From contig LSRY02000021.1 in assembly GCA_001643675.2 (NCBI GenBank), positions 1,054,001 to 1,118,000 on the forward strand: a stretch of DNA of 64,000 nucleotides, given 5' to 3'. Shown here piece after piece: positions 24,801 to 35,531 of this stretch (position 1 is the first letter of the stretch; each line of letters starts with the position of its first letter). The notes under the pieces were generated by a model that saw only the letters and a program-made list of their open reading frames with translations, ran no database searches and was not told the origin of the DNA. The DNA comes from Monocercomonoides exilis PA203. Its lineage: Eukaryota > Protista > Preaxostyla. A program made the position numbers and the translations under genes.

Positions 24801-27800
24801 TCATTTTGAGTTGTGGATGATGTTGCATCCGTTTCATTGTTAGAGGATATGCCTTTATTGCCATTCGCTTTGTTTAATGCGCCAATTCCAGCTGAATCAG
24901 TTAGTTGTTTCTGCTCTTCAAAGATGTGTTTCTTGTGGCTATCTTCCTCTTTTGGTGTCTTTGCAGATGATGTTTGAGGTTCAGAAGGATTTATATCATC
25001 TGAAGCAGCAATAGGGAAAAACTGATAAGGAAATGGAATCATGTTGAAGTTTTGCTGACCGTCTGGAAATTGATCTTGTCGCATCTGAATGAACTGCTGG
25101 AACATCTGCTGCTGCATTTGGGGTGGTATGTTCTGAAAGCCAAAAAAGAACGGAAACTGCGAAGATTGCACTGGAAAGGTGTGTGGTGAGAGCTCGTTTG
25201 AGTCTTTGCTTGAAGCAGCTGTTGATTGGTTGGCCTCGTCTTTTGTCTGCTTGCTTTTGGATGAATGTGAATGCCTTTCGTGCTTTTCGTGTCTGTGTCT
25301 GCTTTTGTGCTTTAAGTTGTGACGATGTTTGGAATGTCTGCGGTGTTTGTGACGATGAGAAGATTTCGTCTTTTTCTTCGATGAATGCAAACGATCATAA
25401 TTGTCTGAAGAAGAAGATGTTGAAGAAGATGTCGAAGAAGAAGAATGTTTGGGTTTAGGTGGAAGCTGAGAAAAGACAGTTGTAACATTCTTCTCTTCCC
25501 TCAACGCACCTGACTGTGTTTTATTAACTGGTTGCTTTTTCAGATCTCCTGTGATTGCTCCGGCTGACTCAGAATTTTTCATAGCCATTTCGATTTCAAC
25601 AACATCTCTTTGCTTTTGTTCGTTTTTTCCATCAAAGCCCGCAACCTCTTTCTCACTTTCTTTTGTGATTTTTTCGCTTTCTTCTCTTTCTTGTTGAATC
25701 ACCTCAGTTTCACTTTCAGTATTTTTCCGAGCCTTCGAAATACCATTTGCAACATGAGGCGCTGCATCCAGCTGTGTGAATGGCATATTAATTATATCTT
25801 CTTTGAATGAATCCGGTGAATACACCATAAATTCATCTACTTGTACTGAAATCTCATTCGTTTCAACAACTTTTCTTTCTCCAGTTGAATTACCATTTTT
25901 CTTTTTCTTTTTCTTCTTTTTCTTTTTCTTCTTTTCTGATGTCGTTTCATTTCCAGCTTGAAGTTTTGCATTTTTTGAACTTTCAACAGCATTCTCAGCC
26001 TTCAATTCTTTTGTTGAAGTTTCATTTTGATTCGCTTCAGTGCTCTTCTCATTCTTTGCATTATATTCCCCTTCATCTTTTTGAGATTTAGTATTATTCA
26101 ACTCCATTTGTGCAACTGCTGCAAGCGCCTGGCTTTGCAGCTGTTGTGCCAGTTGAGCATCCACTTTTGATATGTCCACATCCACAAACAGACTGCCAGG
26201 CTGAAGCAGATTCTGATCTTGAATGGACTTCCCTCCAAAATACGGCTGGCTGTAAGATTCGCTCAGCTGCAGACAAGAATTCGATGCTCTTGTTGGTGTG
26301 GGCTTGTGGATGATGAGTGTGGTAGCAGAGTTGGTTGAGTTCAGCGACTGAGTCAGAGAAACAGCGGATTCTTGGTGCGAAAGAGGAGAGAGAGGAGATG
26401 TGGGCGCAAACTGTGCAGCTGATTGATTGAAATCCGCTGGAGGAGAACGGAGCTTATCTGAATGAAAACTTCCCTGTTGCTGCTGCTGCTTCTGCTGGGC
26501 AGACAAACCATCAACGCTTGCTGAATTACCGCCAAGTTCGAATGAATGCGAATGCTGAGTAAAAAGCATGTTGTCTGCAGATTGTGGTTTGAACGGTGAG
26601 TTCAAGTACGAAGCAGAATGAGAACGCAAACGCAAAAAGGAGATAGTTGGGCGATTGACTGCTGTCATTGGCAGAAAAGGAAGAGAGGGAGATGCACTCA
26701 ACCGACCTAGTGGAGATGCCAAGCTCAGTGAAAGTGGAGAGAATGTAGGTGAAATCAAAGAACTGTGCACATTGTTTGCAGTAGGTGAAGCAAGCGAGTT
26801 GGATGAGGATGTCAAAGGAGATGTAGACAAAGGCTGGGTAGAAGAAATTGCATTACCAGCAAAGCCAGTTGGAGTAGATGTGCCAGAATGTTCGTGGAGC
26901 GAGTGATACGATACAGCAACAAAAGGCGAAGAAGGACTGGAGACAAGTTCTTGGTCACGCATGGGCGCTGTGGTTGTGGCAGAGAAGAAAAGCTGAGTGG
27001 TGTTGTGAGAAGAAGGAGAATGCATCGACAAAGTTGAAGGAGATGAAGGAAGATAACTCGGAGCAGCTGCCTGTGCATGAGACATCTTCGACTGAAGAGA
27101 CGAAAGTGAAGACAGCATTTCGCTTATCTGTGTGTTTGTGTGTGAATCAGATATTTTTGCTGGCTGTGACGTAGCAAAAGCAGGTTGCGTGTTTGAGGAT
27201 GAGTTGCCTGACTGAAGAAGAATGCTGGATGATTGAGATGATCCTTCTTTGATTTGAAAGTTCTTTAGTTCTGATGGAGACGCATTTTCGGTGTTATCCT
27301 CCGAATTGCTTTTGCTTTTGCTTTTGAAAATTTCCTCTTTTTTCTCATTCAATATCGCATTTTTTACACCAGCTTCTTCTTCTTCATTCGAAGACAAGTC
27401 ACAAACATCTTGATTTTCAGTCAGCTGAGTGCTCACTTTTTCCAAGTTGTGTTTTGGAGTTATTTCTTTTTCTAATTTGAATAGGCTGGTCTGCACCTCT
27501 TGATTTGGCAGCTTTGCCAACGATCCAACGGTCTCTTCTGCTTTAAGCAGCGCATCCTCAGCTTCGTCTTCTTCGCCCACCGACATCACAACAGACACCA
27601 GCGAAGAAGACGAAGAAGAAGCCGATGAAGAAGACGAAGTCAGATTTGATCTCTGAAACATTATCTGGTCGTCTGAAGCAGCGTCCACTTGATAGCTGAC
27701 AGGAGACAGCGGTTGAGAAAGTGTTGCTGTTGTGCCGACTGAAAATGTGCTGGTGGCAGCCAACTTCACACCTCCGCTTCTTTCTGAGAAGAGAAAGAGC

Positions 27801-30800
27801 ACATCGTCCATCTCAGCATCATGCAACTGGTCATTTGCACTGTTACCATCAGCCTTTTGTGATGCTTCAAACAAATCCTTTGCAAAATCATTACTGTTGC
27901 TAATGTTATTGTTATCTCTTTGATGCTCATCTGCTGCGATGCTTGCTGTTATTTCATCATCTTCATCTTCTCCTTCATCTTCTGTATTCCCTTGCAAGTT
28001 GAATTCATCATCTTTTAATTCATCTCCTTTCTTCCACATATTTTGCATGTTGCTTCCTATTTGTGCACCTCCATTTCTTCCAAATGTTGTTATTTCATCA
28101 GCCGATGCATTCCTCCTCCTTCTTCCTCCAAACGCATTGTTGTTTTTCCTGTGTAATCGAAGATAGTGCTTTGCCGATTCCCCTTCCTCCAGACGCGTGA
28201 GTGAGTGACCTAAACTCTTTTGTGAGCTATCCAACAATAGCGGTGAATAAGAAGATGATCGACCTGACAAAACAGAGTGATTGGCACTCGAATTAACACT
28301 GCAAGCACTTTTCGGTGAACATACAGAAGAAGTTCCTGGCTTCATATCACCACGAGAAATGGCGGGAATGGCAGTTCGCATGTTGTAAGGCGAGAACTGA
28401 TTCGATTGTGATGGAACTCTGATGTGAGAAGAGTTGCTGACTGCAGAGTTGAGTGAAGACGAGTTGAGGCGCTCGAGTTGGTGCACACTCTGAAACAGCT
28501 CAGAGAGTGAGGGGTCGTTGCTGCCACGCACATTATCCAGAAACGTCTGCACTGAATTTCCTTCTTCACTTGCTCGCCTCATCGCATTCAGCGAAAACAG
28601 ACCCGACCGCTTTGAGTGCTGAAGCCTTTCGTTTTCTGTGTCAATTTTTTCAGTCTCAAACGGATCGCGTTCTCTGTCGCTGCTGGCGGGAAAGCGAAAA
28701 CCTCTGAAATCTTCAAAGCATTCGTTTGCATCACCAATTTGGTGATTCATGTTCAGATTCAGATTCAGGTTAAGATTCATCTCCTCTTCGTCTTCGTTGT
28801 CCAAGTTCTCAGCCATCTCGTCAATTTCGTCTTTCTCCTCTTCGACATCTTTCAAGTCAGCCACTTCGCGCGCACGCTCTCCCATTGCATCTCTGCTGGC
28901 TATCACAACCATTTGCATTGATACGCCCATCGACTTCTTCAAGTCAGCAGCCTCCAAATAGTATGTGATGCTTACCAGTATCAGCGCAATGAACGCACAT
29001 GTCACAGTCATTATGAGAGGGATAAGGCCAACAACATCAGTTGCATCCCATGCTTCCTCCCACGATGCATAAATTGCTTTGCGCAGGCCGCTAATAATTG
29101 GCTGGAGTGAATTAGTCAGAACAGTCATCAGGTTTGCATCGACAGATGTTGTTGGCAGTTTGGCATTTGTGATCACTTTCAAGTTGTCTGCGTAGAACGA
29201 CATCTGATTCAGTGCTGATATGAGAGAAACCCTGTTCACTGTCTGCCCAGTGGCTGAGTGAAGAGACGTGTCATAAGTGAAGAGGATTGTCGGGATATCG
29301 ACAGACTCCCACGGGACTATCACATTTGTGAGGGAGCTGATGGAAGAAGTGACAGAAGAGATGACATCTGCACACTCATCCATGCCAGCACGGATGGTGT
29401 CCATGTCATCCAAATAAGGAACAGGTGCTTGCTGGTGTAAGTGTGGAGTGGAAGTTGATGAGTCAGTTGATAATGAAGGAGAAATTGTAAACGCTTCCTT
29501 TGAAGATGATGAAAAGGATGAAGATGTTAAGGATGAACTTTGATACGAATTAGAAGGATTTGTGGAAGAAGATTCGTTTTCAAATGATATAGTAGAAATT
29601 GGAGGTGTTTCTGATTGTATAATATTCAGCGATGTTTCCTGTGTTGCATTTAATGAAATTCTATTTGATTCAGATTCATTCAAATAATGAGAGTTCATAT
29701 GTTCAATCCTATTCGCTTCACTATTTTCCATTTGGATGATATACGCCCAATTCAGCTGCTCGTGCGCATACATCTCCATCGACAAGAAGCTGAGCTTCGA
29801 AATCGCCTGTGAAACAGTGCTCATCACCATCAGATTGTGCGACTCTTCAATTGCTTTTCCACCGAGAATGTGGAATATAACAGCAGCAATGATCAGCTCC
29901 ACCATCAGCACAAGTTGGCACACGCCCTGCACAGTGAAGAAGATGCGTGCTCTTTTGTGTGTCAGCTTGTCTGCTTCTGACTCCTGGACAAACGAGGTGT
30001 GCGTGAGTGATGGCTGCGATGCTGCCTGATATGCAGACACAGCATTCGCTGCAGCAGCTGACAAGTGCCGCCCTGTCGCCTCGCAGCGAGAAAGCTCTTG
30101 TGGATGTGCATTGTACAACGGAGAAGATGTTGGTGTAGAGCCAGTCGTGTGTGAGGAATGATGTTCTTTGAAAGGTTCATTACGATACAGCGAGGGAGAA
30201 AGGAGCAGCGGAGAAATAGAACGTGACACCGGAGAAAATGGGGAGGCTCCGATTGATGCAGATGGTGCAATGGTTAGCATAGCAGAGGCTGGAATGGAAG
30301 CAGAGGAAGAGATTGCGCTTGAGAAAGGCAAATGAAATGCCCCACTTTTTTCTCTCTTCGTTGGGATGGTGTCTGCGCTGATTGTGCCCAGCGACGGAGA
30401 AAACAGAAGCGAGTCTGACGAAAGCACTTTGCGCTGCATAGATGGCAGCTGTGCATCAGACTCACCCTGAAAGGATGAAATTGAAGCTCCTCGTGATCTT
30501 TGCGGGATGGAGGCAAATGACACGCCTCCGTTCATGTCAAACAGAGTTGAGGAGAAGCCAGTTCCTGAGCGCTGTCTGAAAGGAATTGACTTGTCGTCTG
30601 GCTTCTCTTTGAATGCTCTGCCTTCGTTCATTTTCTGGTTGAGCAACAGTTTCATCTGAAGCAGCTCTCTCTTCTTCGTCTTCCGCGCTTCTTTCTTAGC
30701 TACAATCATCTCGTCAATCTCCTTCAGCCGCAAATGCACCGTCTGCGCTATTTCTTCATCGCGGAACACATCAATCAGCAGTCTGAAGTACAACTTCAGC

Positions 30801-33537
30801 ACACTCCGATCAAGTGGATGCACCATCAGCACCTCCTCATACAGATTTTGCGCTTCCCTTTCAGCCACAAGCAGCTTCCCTGCCATTTCAACAAGCGTTG
30901 CATAGTCTGGCGTGGTCTGTGACAGCACCACCCATACATTCTTCAGGATCATCAGAGCATCGTTGTGTGCATCAATCGCCTTCTTCACAAGCGAATGCTG
31001 TGAACCAGAGCCAAATGGTGAGTTGTCACCTTCTTCACCTCCTCCTCCGCCAAATCCTCTATTTATTCCACTTTGTCTGAGCAAGTGCTCAGCATCGATA
31101 GTTCCATCGTGTTGCAGCAGAAGCTGCCGATTCAACCCTATTTCGCTGGCTGCTCCATCCATACTGCGCTCTGCTCCTCCAAATTGCCCGGAAAAATACC
31201 CATCTTCTTCGTCTTCATGCTGATCCAACATTGTCGTGTCTCCGTCTTCTGCTGCGTATGTTGTAGTGTGGCGATTGGAAATGATTGAGGGATTATCATT
31301 GATTGTTCCTGTGTTCTGTGCAAAATGCAGCAGCGATGGACTTTGCATGCTCTGAATGACATGAAACAGATCATTTTGAGCAGTGCCTGACTTCTTCTTC
31401 TCCATCTGATGCCTCGCCAGAACATGCGCTGCCTGTGAGATGACTGTCTGTGAAGGACGGAAGAACTCGTGCTGCGGATCGACACACGCAGCAGTCACGT
31501 TGAGGATGATGTTGTCTTCGCCGTCTGCTTTTTCCTCGTCTTTTTTCTCCATCAGCACGCGGATCCCATTCGCCTTCTCTGCCGTGTCGCACTCTCTCTC
31601 AACGAAGAAGAGGTGCATTTTGCTTCTCCAGTCGCTGGCGATGTTCCGCATTCTCTCCAGCATCATGTGGTACCCTCTCGAATGATACGCAAAGCTCTGC
31701 AGAAAATGCGCATAGTCCAACATGAGTGCGCAATTTGTGGGATTTCGGTGGAGTGCCTTCAAATAAACACAGTTTGCATATGCAACATATTCGTCTGTGC
31801 GGAAGCTGCGATCGTGCTGAAGAAATCTCAATGTCTTTTCAACATGCTTTGGGTCTTTGAACTTAGGCAGTGAAGAAATGATGGATTGAATGTGTAGCTG
31901 GAGATCTTCTTTTTCATTGTTTGGGTCTCCATTCAACTGAAGTGTAGTGAAATGAACAGGTGTCTTCTGAAGTGGCTGATGTGAATCGTTTGGATGAGAT
32001 GACTGAGGAAACGGTGCAAACAAAGGTGGATAGAAAGAGTTGTGAGGCGGGTTTGAAGTGGAAGGAAAAGAAGACGAAGAAGCAGAAGCGGAAGCAGAAG
32101 CCGAGGTGTTGTTGTTCTGCCTGTGTGACAGGTCAGTTTGAGAAGGAGAAAACAGAATGTGGTGGTTTGTGTAGAACTGGTTGGCAGATGGCGAAGTAGG
32201 CGACAGCAGACCAGAAGTCGACGTGTTGGTGTTTTGGATCTGCTGCAGCGCATTCCGCGGAGTGCGTGGGTGTGTTATGGTGCTCGTTATGCCCTTGGCA
32301 AAGCTCGACTCCAGGAGACACAGAGTCAGCTCCTTCACATCGATGATTGGCTTTGAATCAGCAGAAAGCAGCCACAGCCTGCGCTGCCGCCAGCATATGA
32401 CGCGCCACATTGCGATGGAAAGAGCAATTATTGCAACGAGTGACACGATAATTGTCACCAAAATGAGAATCTTCTGCTTAACAGACAGAACAGGATATTC
32501 AACCAAATCCAATATACCATAGCAAATGATTTCGTGTGTTATTCTGCTCTGGGCAAAAAACAAAAACTGGAATGCATAAAGGAAGTTACCGCTGCTGTGG
32601 TAGCATGGTTGCTCAAAAACAAACCACCATGCAACAAAAAGTGAGCATATAGCAGTCACTATCATTCTCCAAATGTGCCAGTCAACAAGAAAACGCATTC
32701 CAAATGTCATGCCAAAATGCATCACAGGAACAACCACTCGATATAATCCATTACGCGCAGCGAAAAAGCCTCCATGCTTCTGGTTTGTGTTGACAGTGTG
32801 ATAAGTTATCATAAGAACCAGAAATATCAATGCTGGAAGTGTAATGATCAATGAAACAACAAATGCAACTAAATGAATTGGAGAGTTGTGAAAGCACTCA
32901 ATGTTTCCACTTCTTATTGTGTAAGGTCCATCTGGATTTCGTTTTATACAGTCAAGGGGCACAATTATCAGATTCAGCATCAAAATAAACATTGATTGTG
33001 TAAAAAACATCATCGAATATCTATAGAATCGAATCAAAAAGGGATGAGTCGACACAATTTTTTCATAGAAAATAGCGAATATGCTATGCCATATGTATAT
33101 CAGAAGAATTACACCCAAACAAATAAAGGATCCATAAATTCCAAAATCACCTTCAAAAAATGCAAGTGTCATTCCACTAAAATAACCACAGTTCTTATAA
33201 AATACGTAAAACATAAAAGATATGATAAAATTAAATTATCAATTGATTATACTTTAGAAATTCGTGAAATAGTATTTGTTTGCGTTGAAATGTAGAAAGT
33301 GCCAAGACTCAAAAAAGATAGTGTTTGAAGAAGCCAAATACAAAGTTCCAACGTTTTATTTGGATGTTTTATCTAAATATGTTAGAATCATTCAAAACAA
33401 AAGAAAAATATATAAAAATTGCAAACTGATGAATACAGAGGGAAAAAATAGGCAAAAAGTGTTCTTTCACTTTTTGATTGCCCATTTATACCAGTTCTAA
33501 CAAGTTTATCTGATGCATTCGATGGAGGAGGCCCCAT
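21821..33537 (-). CDS. TmcB/TmcC-like giant multipass membrane protein with a C-terminal hemerythrin-like domain (~3867 aa; exons 33537-33427, 33372-33253, 33193-21821)
   Basis: Two phase-0 GT-AG introns (54 and 59 nt) add 77 aa in frame upstream of the 3797-aa ORF. N-terminal multi-TM block with PLDC...IECF; TPR-like LDYAHFL and LKLYFRLLIDVF segments; two further TM pairs. C-terminal EEHKYIFK, WFKQEE, EHHREH, LVDHFSRYD. Confidence 0.8.
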
Positions 33538-33861
33538 CGGAGCGTTTTAAGTTTCCAACTGAACCCATTATGAACATTTCTCAAACATTATTTTCTATAA
33601 TTTCTTTAATTATTAATTATTATAAACATCTAGTTATTATGATGAAAATGTTATTACGCAATGTGAGATAAATGATACAAAATAATAACAAATAAAAGCA
33701 AATCCCAGAAAGATTGAAGATAGAAGATTTAATGAATTATAAAAAAGATAGAGAATGAGTTTAGTTCTCTAAAAAAATATGAAACTGTAGATTATAGGTT
33801 AAAACAATGTGAACAGAAGTGGGGAAACATAGGTGAATGTTTTTGAAGCGCATGTAGTTGT

Positions 33862-35442
33862 TTACAAATCATCTTTTATTTCCTTTTTATTTTCACTTTC
33901 AGATTTTTTTGGTTCTTTTTCACTTTTCTTCTTTCCACCTTTCAGAATCGCATCCTTCACTGATTCGACCTTCTTCTTTCTAGCCTCCTCTTCTGCCTTC
34001 AGCCTCTGCTCTTCCTCCAGCTGCTTCTTCTGCTCTTCAGTCAGCTGTGGTTTGAAGTGCTCTTCTATCCAGTGCTTCTTCCTCTCCCTTCCAATCTCTC
34101 TCTTCTCATTCAGATTCCTCTGTCTCTTCTGGAACTCTTTCTTCCGCTCTTCTCTGTTGTCCTGGCTGCGTGGCGGGGCATGCATCAACGACTTCAACCT
34201 CGATGGCCGTGGCATTCCCCTGAATCTGAACCCAGACGGCGTCTTGTGCACTCTTTCTTCCTCTTCCTTCTGTTTTTTCTCTTCTTCTTCTCTCTCAATT
34301 CGCTTTCGCTCTGCAATTTCTTGGCGAACCTGCTCAACTGCACTGAAGCCTTTGATGGTCGCTTTCTTCTGCTTCTTTCTTCGAAGCGCTATTTTATTCC
34401 TCAGAGCAGACTCTGTTGTAGTTTCTGTGTTTGATCCTTTGTTCTTCATTTCTGCCAGTGTTTTCTTTAACTCTTCTTCAATCGCTGCTTCTTCTTCTTT
34501 CTTTCTTCTCTCGTCTTCTTCCTGAGCTTTCCTCAATTTCTCTTCATCCCTTCTTTTTTCCTCTTCTTCCTCGTCTCTTGGCTTTTGGCGTTTGTATTTT
34601 GGATACCAGAAATCTGACCCATGTCCCATATAATGCGAATCTTTCTGTCGTTTGTCATAGACGAGTTTTGTTTGCTGAACTCTTTCAAGTCGTTTTTCGT
34701 CAAACTCCATTGGGAAAAGAGAAATCAACGTCACATCAAGAATAATTGACGCACCGGCTTAAAAAAAAGAAAGAAAGAAAAGAAATGTAACTCTGCAAAG
34801 AAACGAAAATTATATAAGCATTACATACGTGGGACAATCACCGTTGCTCCTCTTGTTCCATAAGCAAGATATGATGGAATAATCATTCTTCGGGTTTCAT
34901 TTACGCACATTCCTATAATTCCCTTTAAAATATTGAAAAAACATATAGAAATAAATAGAGAATCAGATAATTTTCATACTTGATCCAATCCTTGAAATAA
35001 AGCAAGTTATGTATTTTTAATTGAATAGAATTGCCAAAGGGAAACATTCATGTTAAAAAACGAAACGTTAACCGTTTTCAATAAATTAAAGTCCAAACCT
35101 TCAATTGATTCTCCATAGCCAACACGAAATGAGTATGCTTCATCTGGTTCTGTGTAATCAACTTCTTTTTCCGAAGAAAACAAAAACAAATGAAAAGAAA
35201 TCTGCAAACGAATCGCAAAGTGAAATTGTTAAAAAATCTATAAAATTAAAATAACAAACTTCAACTTGGTCGCCTTTTTGCACTCGAACAGTACAATTTT
35301 CAGCTGGTTTCAAAATCTCAATTTGAATTGTCTTCGGTGGCTTCTTTTTTGGTGTAAATGACTTTGGGGGTTCAATAACAGTTGCTCCACATAAAGCATC
35401 AGCAGCAAATAATGCCAAACAAATGGTTAGTTGAAGCTGCAT
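33862..35442 (-). CDS. Secretory/ER FKBP-type PPIase-like protein with a charged coiled-coil tail ending KDDL (exons 35442-35260, 35201-35099, 34990-34980, 34922-34829, 34757-33862)
   Basis: Spliced product reads signal peptide, C...KGDQVEISF..., YSFRVGYGESIEGLDQGIIGMCVNETRRMIIPSYLAYGTRG..VPPGASIILDVTL, a clear FKBP2-like signature. All four introns are GT-AG and phases are consistent. Confidence 0.88.
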
Positions 35443-35531
35443 TCAGAATGCTGAAAAAGCTTGTAGAGTAATGGCATGGATCTTGTTCTGATCACCTTTT
35501 TTCAAGAATTTGAAGACTTCAACAAAGATTA
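35443..35531. promoter_or_regulatory. Putative compact bidirectional promoter between the FKBP and IP3R-like genes
   Basis: Only 89 bp separate the two divergent predicted start codons (35442 on -, 35532 on +). Confidence 0.5.

Noticed and set aside
21915-33295. Many + strand ORFs opposite the 3797-aa gene, and likewise - strand ORFs opposite the channel gene
   Set aside because: Antisense shadows with no motifs.
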